Shown here piece by piece: positions 18,242 through 27,874 of a stretch of 49,710 nucleotides of DNA. Source of the stretch: a virus (Duplodnaviria > Caudoviricetes); the IMG/VR virus record IMGVR_UViG_3300017658_000259, positions 1 through 49,710 of that record. One strand, written 5' to 3'. Each line of letters begins with the position of its first letter. Position 1 is the stretch's first letter. Under the pieces are notes generated by a model. The model did no database searches, had not been told where the DNA came from, and saw only the letters and a program-made list of their open reading frames with translations. The position numbers and the translations under genes were made by a program.

Positions 18242-19747
18242 CTACGAAGAAGCGAACTTCATGAACTTCATCGTCTCGAAGTTCTGCACGCCGCCGCCGA
18301 CGCGCTTGCGGGTGTTGAACACCACGTACGGGTACTTGGTGTACTCGTCCCGCAGCACCATGACGCCGACGCGATCGACGATGAGGTAGGTCTTGGCGAA
18401 GTCGCCGAAGGCGATCGACATCGATCCCGACGCCACGTCCGGCATCTGCTCGCCCTCGACCACCTCGTAGCCGCAGAGCTGGTTCGGGTTCCCGTCGCGG
18501 GCGTCGGCCCAGATCCAGCGGCCCTCGCCATCCTTCAGCGTGCGGCAGAGGCCGATGGTGCCGCGGTTCATCAGGAACTTGGCCGCCTGGCGGTGCCCCT
18601 GCTTCAGCGAGTAGATCAGCTTCCAGAGCTTGTCGCCCTGGTTCACCTGGTCGCCGGGCGCGGCGAAGCCGCCATCGACGCCGGTGGCAATGAAGCCGAT
18701 CTTACCCCAAGCCCAGCTCGCCTCGGCGACGGTCGGGTAGGAAAGCAGCCCGAACGGCTTCTTGACGCCGTTGCCGGAGATGTACGCCACACCCTCGGCC
18801 AGCGCGAAGGCGTCAAGCACCTCCTCCGACAGCCAGCCCTCGATATCGATGAGGCTGTCCTCGAGCAGCGTGCGCGTCGCCATCGGCTTAGCGTGCAGCT
18901 CGTGGGCGGGGAAGCTGAGTTCGTCGACCTCCGGCCCTGCCGTGTCGTCCCGCGGCGTGGTACGCTCGTCCACCCACTGGGCCTCGGTGCCGCGCAGATT
19001 GACGGCCTTCTTGAACTCCCCGGCACTGATCTGCCGCACGGTGGCGAGCTGCCGCATCGGCACCACCTCCTGCAGCAGCTTCTCGACGCTGGTGTCGTAC
19101 TCCGGATGCACGAAGACGCCGCCCTGCGGCAGCATCTCGGTGTTGAGCCCGACCTTGCGTTCCAGCGTCCGCAGCGAATGGCCGTTGAAGCTCTTTTCGC
19201 CCGAGCGCAGGTAATGGACGGCAGCCTTGCGATAGAGCGCCACCGTCTGGGCGCGCTGCGACGCCGGGCCGGCCATGCCGCGCGTGGGGCCCATGGGCCG
19301 CGCCGCCTTGCGATGCAGGCGCCGGTTGTCGGCGCGCAACTCGCGCATCTCCTGATCGTGCGCGCGGTCGATCGCCTCGTTGAGACGCGCCATTTGCTGG
19401 TCGTAGAGCGGATCCGGCCGGCCGCTGCGGATGGCGGCGTCGCGGCGCTCGGCGACAGCGCGCAGCTCGTGCAGAGCCTGGCCGCGCACGTTGGCGGGCC
19501 GCTGCTGCGGCACGATGACATTCGACACCTGGGGCCGCTGGGCGATGGCCTTGATCTGCCGCGTCTGCAAGTTGATGGCGTCGACGACCGACTGCGTCGG
19601 ATCGGCGGCGCGCACGTTGGCGACGACGCGGCTAGACAGCGGGCCGAGCGGCAGGCCGGCTTTCTTTTCGAGCACCCGCTCGCCGACCTCGTCGTGGTGG
19701 TCATGGCGCACGGGCTCCGGCGCCAACTCCTCGTTGGTTTTCATCAT
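18242..19747 (-). CDS. Major capsid protein, HK97 family
   Basis: GGVFV.PE, GNGVKKPFG, IAFGDF, KRVGGGV motifs; long N-terminal delta domain ending LERK. Confidence 0.95.
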   Translation of the reverse strand: MMKTNEELAPEPVRHDHHDEVGERVLEKKAGLPLGPLSSRVVANVRAADPTQSVVDAINLQTRQIKAIAQRPQVSNVIVPQQRPANVRGQALHELRAVAERRDAAIRSGRPDPLYDQQMARLNEAIDRAHDQEMRELRADNRRLHRKAARPMGPTRGMAGPASQRAQTVALYRKAAVHYLRSGEKSFNGHSLRTLERKVGLNTEMLPQGGVFVHPEYDTSVEKLLQEVVPMRQLATVRQISAGEFKKAVNLRGTEAQWVDERTTPRDDTAGPEVDELSFPAHELHAKPMATRTLLEDSLIDIEGWLSEEVLDAFALAEGVAYISGNGVKKPFGLLSYPTVAEASWAWGKIGFIATGVDGGFAAPGDQVNQGDKLWKLIYSLKQGHRQAAKFLMNRGTIGLCRTLKDGEGRWIWADARDGNPNQLCGYEVVEGEQMPDVASGSMSIAFGDFAKTYLIVDRVGVMVLRDEYTKYPYVVFNTRKRVGGGVQNFETMKFMKFASS

Positions 19748-19831
19748 GTCCTCTCAATGTTGAGTTGGGGGTACGCGTGCGCTTCGTAAGTGGCGCCGGA
19801 CGGCTTCGCCCGGCGCGGTAAAGCTTGCCGG

Positions 19832-20476
19832 CTAGCGGCGGCTCACCGAGTGGCCAGTGCGCGGCGGCCGGCTGCGCTGAGCGGCGTCGCCGCGCATCAG
19901 CAAAGCCAGGGCCGCGTCCCGCTGACGGAGCGCGGCAATGATCGGCTCAGGACGCAGCGCCGGCGGCGCCACGGATTTCACCGCCTCGATGCGCGACGGG
20001 CGGCAGGCCGGAAACGTCACCGGCGACACCTCCCAGAGGTCGAGCGTCTTCAGCAGGCGGTAGTTGCCCGCCCCGCCATAGGGACCGAACTCGTGCTCGA
20101 TGGTGTCGTAGCCGATAGACAGGCCGTCGAGCGCACCGGCCTTCATCAACGCGTGTGCCTCGCGCGCCTGCTGCACCTCGAGCACCAGGCGCCCCTCGCA
20201 CCACAGGCCGCGCTCGTCCTCGCGCATGTCGGTCCACACGCCGATGGGGTTCTTGTCGTCGTGCTGCCAGAGCAGCGACGGCATGCGGCCCTCGGCGGCA
20301 TGCGCGGCCAGCGATTCGGAGAAGGCACCGGGCAGCACGATGTCGCCGTAGCTGTCGACGACACCGAACACCGAGCCGTAGCCGGAGAAGGTGCCGTCAT
20401 CGGCGACGGCGGCGGTCTTGAAGCGGAACGTCTTCGGCTTGCTGGCAGCGCGAGTTGCAAGGTGCGCGTTCGGCAT
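19832..20476 (-). CDS. Prohead protease, HK97 family
   Basis: FSGYGSVFG, LLWQH, GLSIGY, EVSPVTFPA motifs. Confidence 0.95.
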   Translation of the reverse strand: MPNAHLATRAASKPKTFRFKTAAVADDGTFSGYGSVFGVVDSYGDIVLPGAFSESLAAHAAEGRMPSLLWQHDDKNPIGVWTDMREDERGLWCEGRLVLEVQQAREAHALMKAGALDGLSIGYDTIEHEFGPYGGAGNYRLLKTLDLWEVSPVTFPACRPSRIEAVKSVAPPALRPEPIIAALRQRDAALALLMRGDAAQRSRPPRTGHSVSRR

Positions 20477-20551
20477 CGAGCTATCCTCGTCGAGCGATTG
20501 GGCAGCGCGCGGCGACCGGCTCCCCCGCAGGGAGCCGCCGCGCGCGAGGTA

Positions 20552-21700
20552 TCAAGCCGCGCGGCGGCGGCGGGAGAGCGTCTCGTCGGGCGCGTCCTCG
20601 TCGACGGGGCTCGCTTCCTGCAGGCTGGCCATCTCGCTATCGAGCCACGCTGCCAGCGAGCTGACCTCGGACAGCGCGATGCTGGTGGCGGTGCTGGTGT
20701 CGATGGCGATCAGGCGCTCGCCGAGGGCCTGCAGGGTCGCCAGCGTTTCGTCGGCCGTTGCCGTGCCGGCGTCGAAGCCGTCGAGCGCCGCGTTGGCCTC
20801 GTCCTCGATGGCGGTGAGCTCGGCCTCGATCGCAGCGTCGGATGATTCCAGGCTCGCGTCATCGGCGCCGCCGGCATCGAAGCCGTCATCCTCCTTGCGC
20901 CCGCGGCGGCGCGAACGCAGCGTCCGCCTGCGCGACAGGCTTTCGGAGGGCGTGTCTTCCGCTTCGGCAATGCGCAGTCCCTCGGAAACGATCGTGTCGT
21001 AAAGGGCCGTGGCGTCGGCGACCAGATCGTAGGCGCCGGGGATTTCCATTCCGTCGTCGCCGGTCGTCGGAATAGACCTGAGCAGCACGGAAACGCTGTC
21101 TTCCAGATAGCGGAGAGCGTTGAGGTCGCTGGCAGCGATGGCGTTCTCTGCGGCGATGCGGCACTCGTCGTAGAGCTGCCGGCTGGCATCGATCTGATCG
21201 TTCTTTCTGCCACCTGCCGGACGCTGCGCCGACGCGCGCAGAAGGCGCGAGCGCATGGCCCGCAGGCGCCGCGACAGCGTGGCGGCCGGAAGCAGGGTGT
21301 CCTCGACCGGATCGCCGATCTCCTCGACGGCTGCGACCTCGGCCGGCACCTCCTCGACGCGGTCGAGATACCCCCACGTCTGGTCGGTGACGGGATCGAC
21401 GGACCAGGCATCAGCGGGAATCTGTTTGATCAGATCCTGCGCCAGCACGTAGAAGTCGGCCGTCTCGTCGGCATCGAACTCGACGACGGCGCGCTCGACG
21501 CGGTTGCGGGTGACGATGGCGCGATAGCGCTTGCGGATCGGCGTCACGACGGCGATGTCGCCGACCGTCGGCGTCGCCTCGGCGCCGAGCGCCGGCTCGG
21601 CCTCGGCGGGGAGGTCGAGGATTTCTTCGCGGCGGTTGCCGGGACGGTTACGCACATGGGCAGCGGCGGCCGTCTTGCGGCCAAGGGCAAGAGCGAACAT
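20552..21700 (-). CDS. Acidic modular protein with Arg-rich linkers
   Basis: 382 aa ORF with AAAGGA RBS, between the portal and protease genes. Confidence 0.75.
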   Translation of the reverse strand: MFALALGRKTAAAAHVRNRPGNRREEILDLPAEAEPALGAEATPTVGDIAVVTPIRKRYRAIVTRNRVERAVVEFDADETADFYVLAQDLIKQIPADAWSVDPVTDQTWGYLDRVEEVPAEVAAVEEIGDPVEDTLLPAATLSRRLRAMRSRLLRASAQRPAGGRKNDQIDASRQLYDECRIAAENAIAASDLNALRYLEDSVSVLLRSIPTTGDDGMEIPGAYDLVADATALYDTIVSEGLRIAEAEDTPSESLSRRRTLRSRRRGRKEDDGFDAGGADDASLESSDAAIEAELTAIEDEANAALDGFDAGTATADETLATLQALGERLIAIDTSTATSIALSEVSSLAAWLDSEMASLQEASPVDEDAPDETLSRRRRAA

Positions 21701-21725
21701 CGGTTAATCCTTTCTATTGCGCTTG

Positions 21726-23150
21726 TCAGCGGCGGGGGAGCAAACGGGCGTCCAATTCCTGGGCGACGCTGGCGCGCGCCGCGTCGAACTGTTTCGTGAT
21801 CGTCGATTCCAGATCGGCGATCCTGCCTGTTACTGCATCGGCATGCGGCTCCGCACCGCGCGGCAGCATGCCCGTGTTGTTCGCCTGCAGCTGCACGCGG
21901 TCCATGGCCGGATCGTCGATCGGGTCGAGGCCTTCCTCCGCGCGGATTTCGTTTGGCGTCTTGTAGATCTTCACCGCCTTGTCATAGGCGTTGACGCGGT
22001 CCGACAGCGTGCCGCGCTTGGTGGCGTCCTGATCGATGTCGACCCGGTAGCCGTCGCGGTATTCCTCCTCGGTGAGGAGATCGCGCTCGCAGGCCTGCTC
22101 GAGCCGCAGCACCCATGGCAGCAGCGAGTGCTCTCCATGGGCGTTGAGCAGCTGCTCGTGGCCGTTGTAGCCGACGCTGCCCTGGCTGTGGCCGATGATC
22201 TGGGGGAAGACGCGGAAGAAGCGGCACACCTCCTCGATCTGAAACTTACGGTTCTCGATTACCTGGCTGTCGGCGGAGGTGGGGTTCGTAGCCTTGAAAT
22301 CCCAATCGCCATCCATGACGGCGATGCCGCCCTCGCCGCCGCGGCGGTATTGGCTCTCCCACTGCGTCTTGATCTCTTTGCGCTGGTCGGCGGTCAGTCC
22401 GACGGCTTTGGCCGTGAGGATGCCGCCGGAGGGCCGCATGTCGTCGCCATGGAAGCGCGCCTGGCTCTGCTCCAAAGCCGCCGCGAGGCCGATTGCCTCG
22501 CGCGCCAGATGCGATACCGACTGGCCGCGGAGGTAATCGTCGCGCAGCGGGCCGCGTAGCTTCAAAAGCTGCCCCGGCTCGGCGACGATGGTGTCGCCGT
22601 AGCCGCTCACCCGGTAGATCAGCTCCCACCGCGAGCCGGGCACGTGATCGCAGGTGACGGAGCCGGGAATCAGCGGCAGCAGCTCCTGCACGCGGCCGTA
22701 CTCGTCGCGGGTGATGAGCGCGTAGGCGCCCTCGTGGAAGGTGGCGACGCCGACCAGCCACTCGAAGAACTCCATGCCCGTCATCCACTCGTTCGGGCGC
22801 TCGAGCACGTGGGCAACGGGATGCGCGCGATCGACGGCGGCACGGCGGCGCTGCTGGGCGTCGTAGCTGATGCGCTTCAGCGCCCGGGGCATCTTGGCGA
22901 CGTCCTCGGAAATGACGCGCCGGCAAGCCCAGGCGGCGGAGACGAGCTTCGCCTGCTCCGGCCCGACGAAAATGCCCGCCGCCGAAGGCACGCCGCCGCC
23001 GAGCAGGATCGCCTCCTCCTCCGGCGTGAAGCCGAAGGCGCCGCTTTTGGCTTCGAGCATGTCGATCGACTGCTCGTCGAGCCACGGGGCGCCGTATTCG
23101 TACGGCACGAGATCGCGCGAAATGTTGGGCATCGGGCGGCCGCCGCTCAC
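21726..23150 (-). CDS. Portal protein, HK97 family
   Basis: PNEWMT, EEVCRFFRV, TPNEIRAEEGL motifs; start may be 23132. Confidence 0.95.
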   Translation of the reverse strand: MSGGRPMPNISRDLVPYEYGAPWLDEQSIDMLEAKSGAFGFTPEEEAILLGGGVPSAAGIFVGPEQAKLVSAAWACRRVISEDVAKMPRALKRISYDAQQRRRAAVDRAHPVAHVLERPNEWMTGMEFFEWLVGVATFHEGAYALITRDEYGRVQELLPLIPGSVTCDHVPGSRWELIYRVSGYGDTIVAEPGQLLKLRGPLRDDYLRGQSVSHLAREAIGLAAALEQSQARFHGDDMRPSGGILTAKAVGLTADQRKEIKTQWESQYRRGGEGGIAVMDGDWDFKATNPTSADSQVIENRKFQIEEVCRFFRVFPQIIGHSQGSVGYNGHEQLLNAHGEHSLLPWVLRLEQACERDLLTEEEYRDGYRVDIDQDATKRGTLSDRVNAYDKAVKIYKTPNEIRAEEGLDPIDDPAMDRVQLQANNTGMLPRGAEPHADAVTGRIADLESTITKQFDAARASVAQELDARLLPRR

Positions 23151-23953
23151 GCGTAGCGCTCGGCAAACTCGGTGTAATCAGCGCATTCGACCGGCGGTAA
23201 CGGCGGCACGATGCCGGCCTCGTTGGCTGCCTCGTAATACTCTTCCCAGAGTGTGTCGAACTCCGCGCTGAAGCTATGCGCTTCGGCGATCACCTGGCGG
23301 AAGGTTTCGGCACCTTGTCGATCGAGCGCAGCTAGCTGGTCATAGAGTTCCTGCACCTCCGGCGGCAGATCGGAGCGCAGTGCGGACGGCCGGCGTCCCT
23401 TGCGCGCGGCTGCTTGGCCGATGGTGAAATTGAGCATCGCCGTGGCTCCCTTGGTTTCAAACTCGCCCACTACGATGGTGTCGAACGTCAACGCGAAGTC
23501 CGGCGGCGAGATCGCGCCGAGGTCCGGATTGCCATTCCAGGCGTAGGACAGCGAAACGTGCGGCAGCCAGTCAGCGAACGTCGGCTCCGCGCCAGTCTCC
23601 TCGATGATGTTGTCGCGATCCTCGATGAGGTCGGCTGCCGCATCGACGAGCAGCACCGGCGTGTCAGCGTCTTTGCCCAGAATGTCGAAGCCGCAGGCGT
23701 AGAGCGTCACCGGATCGATTTCCCATTCGCCGACCGGCAGGCTGATATCGTTGGCACTGGCGAACAGCGTGCAATGGAACTCGAATTGGCCCGTCAGCAG
23801 CTCATCGCCGCCGTGCGAGCGCGAAAGATCGAACCCCTGCGCGACTGCCCATGCCTCAAGCGCCGCCTGCGTCTCGGCGTCGGCGAACAGCATGACAATC
23901 CGCTGCGCCGGTTCATCGGCTAGCAGCGCCTCGGCTGAAATCTCGTCGAGCAT
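23147..23953 (-). CDS. 2H phosphoesterase, Acb1 (T4 57B)-like, with an acidic C-terminal extension
   Basis: Two catalytic motifs, FHCTLFAS and WLPHVSLSY, about 70 aa apart. Confidence 0.7.
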   Translation of the reverse strand: MLDEISAEALLADEPAQRIVMLFADAETQAALEAWAVAQGFDLSRSHGGDELLTGQFEFHCTLFASANDISLPVGEWEIDPVTLYACGFDILGKDADTPVLLVDAAADLIEDRDNIIEETGAEPTFADWLPHVSLSYAWNGNPDLGAISPPDFALTFDTIVVGEFETKGATAMLNFTIGQAAARKGRRPSALRSDLPPEVQELYDQLAALDRQGAETFRQVIAEAHSFSAEFDTLWEEYYEAANEAGIVPPLPPVECADYTEFAERYA

Positions 23954-23964
23954 TATCGTGCACC

Positions 23965-25716
23965 TCAGGCGCGTGCCGGCCGGCTCCCCACCGGGGCTTC
24001 GGCGCGCGCAGCAGAAGATTCGCGGCCGCCGACGAACAGGATGGGACTCGACGCCAGGTACGTTTCCGGCGGCGGCTCGGCACCGCCGAGCGCCACGGCG
24101 ATGGTGAGCGCCGCAATGCCGTCGATCTTGCCCTTCGAGGACGCCTTGCACGGCATGTAGTTGCCGTTCTTGTCGCGGCGGATGGCGGCATTGCCGTTCA
24201 TCCACTTCAGCACCGGGTGCCCGCCGTGGTCGATGTTCTCCGACAGCACCGTGCGCTCCAGTGCCTTCGCCGGCCCGGACATCGACAGCATGCCGAAACG
24301 CACCCCCTGCACCGGCACACCGTCGTTGTGCAGCTTGGTCAGTACGCTGTGGGCGTTGAAGAGGTCGATGCCCAGACCCAGAACCTTGAACGTCGCGCAG
24401 TCGGCGTGCACCTGCTCCATGATCCAGTCATGGTCGGCCGCCTCGCCCGGCGTGGCGGTGAAGGCGCCCATCTTCTCCCACGACAGGAACGGTATGCGCG
24501 TCGTCTCGGCCTTGCGCCGCATCGGCACCTCCGGCCACCAGAAGCGGCACAGCACCTTCCAGCGCTCCGCCGCGTGCGTGGGTGGAAACCACCAGGTGAG
24601 GGCGTTGAAGTCCTGCGTCTCGGCGAGGTCGAGGCCGCCCCAGCACTCGCGGCCGGCGAGTTCCTCCTCCAGATCCTGCCAGCGCGGCACCGCCGGGTTG
24701 CGCGTGCGCAGTGCGCAGGCGTTCCATTTCTCCGGTGGCAGCCAGCGCTCGGAGCTGTTGACCCAGATGCCGAGGTGGTAGCACTTGAAGTCGTTTTCCT
24801 TCTTCGGCGACTGCTTCGCTTCGCGCGACGCCTTCGCCATGTACTCGGGGCGCGGCGACACCGGCATGCCCGGGTTGGCTTCCGCTTGCACCGCCGGATC
24901 GGTGATGTCGACCTCGGCCTTCGGATCCTGCGGCGCGCACCAGATGACGACCAGCGTCTCCGGGTCGTCGAAGGTGCCCTCGCAGATGCCGATGGACTCG
25001 TCCCACAGCGAGATGCCGTAACCGTCCTCGACACCGGCCGACGAGATCAGCCATTCCATCGGCTCGGTGCGCGAGGCCATCGCCTGGCGCACGAAGGTGT
25101 AGAGCCGGTCCGACGTCCACTCGTGCACCTCGTCGCCAATGAGGTACGTCGTCTTCAGGCCGTGCTTGCCGTGCGGCTTGCCGGTGAGCGGCTCGAACTT
25201 CGACAGCGTGGCGCGCGCGAACAGCGAGCCTTCGAACACCTCGTATTGCTCGGCGAGGTCCCCCGAGTAGGCGACCATCATCTTGGCCGCGTTGAAGACG
25301 ATCTCCGCCTGGTTGCCCGAGGCGGCGATCGAGTAGAGCTCGGCGCCTTTCACCGCGTCGCCGAGCAGGCAGAGGTGCGCGACCCCGGCCATCAGCTCGG
25401 TCTTGCCGTTCTTGCGCGGCATCCAGATGATGACGCGGCGGTAGAGGCGCGTGCCGTCGGCGCGCTTCCAGCCGAAGGCGGGCCGGATGATCCATTCTGC
25501 CTGCCAGGCCGCCAGCTCGAACGGCTTGCCGGCCCACGGGTCGGCGGTGAGGCGGCAGTAGCGCGGAAAGAAATCGACCGCTACCTGTGCGGTCGCCTCG
25601 TCGTAGTACGCGCCCTCGGGCTTGGGCCGCCACAGCGAGTGATAGCGCGGCTCGCCCGGCTCGAGCTTGCGCGCCGGATCCGGCTGGCGCGGATCGGCCT
25701 CGCTTTTCTCTGTCAT
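23965..25716 (-). CDS. terL: Terminase large subunit
   Basis: Walker A PRKNGKT, Walker B LIGDEVH, nuclease GLDLA and KIDG motifs. Confidence 0.97.
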   Translation of the reverse strand: MTEKSEADPRQPDPARKLEPGEPRYHSLWRPKPEGAYYDEATAQVAVDFFPRYCRLTADPWAGKPFELAAWQAEWIIRPAFGWKRADGTRLYRRVIIWMPRKNGKTELMAGVAHLCLLGDAVKGAELYSIAASGNQAEIVFNAAKMMVAYSGDLAEQYEVFEGSLFARATLSKFEPLTGKPHGKHGLKTTYLIGDEVHEWTSDRLYTFVRQAMASRTEPMEWLISSAGVEDGYGISLWDESIGICEGTFDDPETLVVIWCAPQDPKAEVDITDPAVQAEANPGMPVSPRPEYMAKASREAKQSPKKENDFKCYHLGIWVNSSERWLPPEKWNACALRTRNPAVPRWQDLEEELAGRECWGGLDLAETQDFNALTWWFPPTHAAERWKVLCRFWWPEVPMRRKAETTRIPFLSWEKMGAFTATPGEAADHDWIMEQVHADCATFKVLGLGIDLFNAHSVLTKLHNDGVPVQGVRFGMLSMSGPAKALERTVLSENIDHGGHPVLKWMNGNAAIRRDKNGNYMPCKASSKGKIDGIAALTIAVALGGAEPPPETYLASSPILFVGGRESSAARAEAPVGSRPARA

Positions 25717-25738
25717 TGGCTCGCATCGGCGAACGCCG

Positions 25739-26326
25739 CTAGTTGGGGCGTTGGGTCGCCGCGGCCTTCAATGCGCCCAGCGGGCCGTGGTGTTGCCCGG
25801 ACGCTGCCTTTTCGCCGTCGCCGGCGCCAGGCGGGTTGTTCTTGCCCTGGCCGATGGTGCGCTTCTCCATGTCGACGCGTGCCACCGGGTTGCCGGCGAG
25901 CAGTTGCTCGTCAGCGCGCAGATCGCGATGCAGATCGAGCATCAGCGTGTACTCGGGATTCTTGCGAATGATGCGCCCGCTGGAGCCGACGGTCGTGTAC
26001 GTCGGCTTCGGGTCGCGCTTCGCCAGTCGCTCCCACTCGGCACGGCGCTGACAGTGCCGCGCGATGAAGGCGTGATCGGAATTTTTGAACCAGATGCGCG
26101 TCGATGGATCGGCGAATTTCTCGCGCCAGATCTCGCGGGCCCGCTTGCCGAGCAGCCACGCCGGAGGCTCGGGAACATTGCGTGAATCGACCCCATCCGT
26201 GTTGCATGTCGTCTTGGGCTCCTGCTTGGCGCCGAGCTGCGCCTTCGTCCGCCCCTTGCGACGGCTCGGAAAACCCTGTGCCGCTTCAACTTCTGGCGCT
26301 TTCGGCTTCGGCCCCCGCCTGCCCAT
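25739..26326 (-). CDS. terS: Terminase small subunit, P27 family
   Basis: MGRRGPKPK, PPAWL..RAREIW, KNP, NPVAR motifs. Confidence 0.9.
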   Translation of the reverse strand: MGRRGPKPKAPEVEAAQGFPSRRKGRTKAQLGAKQEPKTTCNTDGVDSRNVPEPPAWLLGKRAREIWREKFADPSTRIWFKNSDHAFIARHCQRRAEWERLAKRDPKPTYTTVGSSGRIIRKNPEYTLMLDLHRDLRADEQLLAGNPVARVDMEKRTIGQGKNNPPGAGDGEKAASGQHHGPLGALKAAATQRPN

Positions 26327-26359
26327 TCGCCCCGCTCCTCAACGCTCGATGTTCACCCT

Positions 26360-26470
26360 TTGATTCCCCAACAAAAATTTGCGCCGGAAAAACCTGCGCC
26401 CAGAATTTTTCTTGGAACCGCGCGGTCTTGGCGTCGACGCGGCGATAAAAAACGACGCCCCCTACCCCTC
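26360..26470. other. Putative cos packaging region
   Basis: Non-coding gap between the HNH cluster and terS with A/T tracts, repeated TGCGCC and minus-strand GACCGCGCGG; the exact cut site cannot be determined. Confidence 0.5.
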
Positions 26471-26471
26471 A

Positions 26472-26711
26472 TCAGTGCTTCGTGCCGATGGGGCCATAGT
26501 AGGCGGGCAGGTCGCGCACCGTGCCATCGGCTGGGTGGACGTTGTCCGAGCCGCACGACGGGCAGCGCAGTGCGCTAGCCAGCGGCGCGTCACCAGCAAC
26601 GCGCATCTTACCGATGCGGCCCTTCCACCAGCACATGAGGCACGCCCAAACGGTCGACAGCGGATCGGCGGCGCCGATCTCCGCATCGATGCGTTTCACG
26701 ATCTCGTTCAT
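26472..26711 (-). CDS. Small zinc-ribbon protein
   Basis: CLMC and CPSC motifs; overlaps the HNH stop. Confidence 0.6.
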   Translation of the reverse strand: MNEIVKRIDAEIGAADPLSTVWACLMCWWKGRIGKMRVAGDAPLASALRCPSCGSDNVHPADGTVRDLPAYYGPIGTKH

Positions 26712-27106
26712 CCGAAGAACTCCGTCAGCTCGCGATCGAGGCGCAGCGCGGCATCGCCGATCTCGCCCTCGTCCCACCGCGCCTCGAGCACCTTCTTCAC
26801 GTGCTCGTGGCACCAGTTGCACAGCGCCTGCCAGTTGCTCCGTTCCCAGAACAGCCGCATGTCGCCACGGTGCGGAATGATGTGGTCGACGAGCTCGGTG
26901 GCACTCGTTAAGCCGTTCGCAGCACAGGACGCGCATAGCGGATGCTTGGCGATGTAGCCGGTGCGCGCCTGCTGCCAGCGCCAGCCGTAGCCGCGCGCCG
27001 CCGCGTGCTGGCGTCCATCGCGCTGCAACTCCTGACCAAGATCGTCACGCGGACGGAACAGCGGCGCCGGCGAATGCTGCCGCCGGAATGCCGGCGCCTT
27101 ACGCAT
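26708..27106 (-). CDS. HNH endonuclease (terminase-associated, HK97 gp74-like)
   Basis: RGY..RW, HPLC..C, VDHIIPH.G, NWQALC..CH motifs. Confidence 0.95.
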   Translation of the reverse strand: MRKAPAFRRQHSPAPLFRPRDDLGQELQRDGRQHAAARGYGWRWQQARTGYIAKHPLCASCAANGLTSATELVDHIIPHRGDMRLFWERSNWQALCNWCHEHVKKVLEARWDEGEIGDAALRLDRELTEFFG

Positions 27107-27254
27107 CGTCCCTTTGGCGCCTCGCCTCGTCGAGCGCCCATCCGAGCACGCGCGCCAGGCGCACCATGCCGGCGCGGTCGGCGAGACGCTTCAACTCGAC
27201 GATGATGTCGACGAGGTAGCCGGCGGTGTCGCGCTGGTTCGGTTCGCGGCCCAT
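27099..27254 (-). CDS. Small hypothetical protein
   Basis: MGREPNQ...; overlaps the HNH start. Confidence 0.55.
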   Translation of the reverse strand: MGREPNQRDTAGYLVDIIVELKRLADRAGMVRLARVLGWALDEARRQRDDA

Positions 27255-27319
27255 CTCTGTCGACACTCCGGCGCGGCGGCCGGCTGCGTGGTGCGCTGTC
27301 GCCTGGCCGATGTAAAATG

Positions 27320-27356
27320 CAAAAACCCGGGAGCGGCGGCGCCGGTCCCGGGTTCT
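27320..27356 (-). terminator. Intrinsic terminator in the late-operon leader
   Basis: AACCCGGGA...TCCCGGGTT stem followed by a T tract on the minus strand. Confidence 0.55.
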
Positions 27357-27565
27357 GTTCAATCGTCTCGCGACTGTATTTGCTTTATGCCTTTCCGGAG
27401 TCGGATTCGCTATCGCTTTTCGGCAACACCCAAGTCACAACCGACCGCTAGGCTGGCTTTGACATCATCGGTTGTCCACTGAATTTCCGCAATGTGAACA
27501 TATGGCGGTCAAACGGGCTGTTAAAGTCGCTTCGTTCAGCCCTCAGACGAGAGGAGATCCGGGCA

Positions 27566-27694
27566 ATGAGCGACAAGAAAAAAACCGTCTACCGCGACAG
27601 CACGGACGGGCAGTTCACAACCAAAAAGGATGCCGAGAAGCGCCCTCGGGAAACCGAGAAGGAGCGCGTGCGCGTTGGCAACCCGAAGAAGTAA
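27566..27694 (+). CDS. 42-aa basic protein with RDxxxGQF motif
   Basis: GAGGAG RBS; MSDKKKTVYRDSTDGQFTT; followed by a GC hairpin. Confidence 0.75.
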   Translation: MSDKKKTVYRDSTDGQFTTKKDAEKRPRETEKERVRVGNPKK

Positions 27695-27874
27695 CACGGC
27701 GTTGGCTCGGCGCCACCAACGGCGCCGAGCCGCCCCTTAGCCACCTTGCCGGTTCACGCTGATGGCCCGCGCCACTGGCTTCCCGTTTCACTCCGCCAAG
27801 GTTTCAACGCCGTCATAGCCGCCAGAGCCCTCCCAGCGCGAACGCTGGTAGTGGTCGCACGGAACATGCCCTGC

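Noticed and set aside
5633-25971. Long + strand ORFs (e.g. 5633-8143, 9026-10840, 24217-25971)
   Set aside because: Antisense shadows of clear structural genes in high-GC DNA, with no recognisable motifs
26455-26490. CTGATGA on the minus strand as a second hammerhead
   Set aside because: No stem II plus GAAA; it is the stop codon of the zinc-ribbon gene next to the cos region
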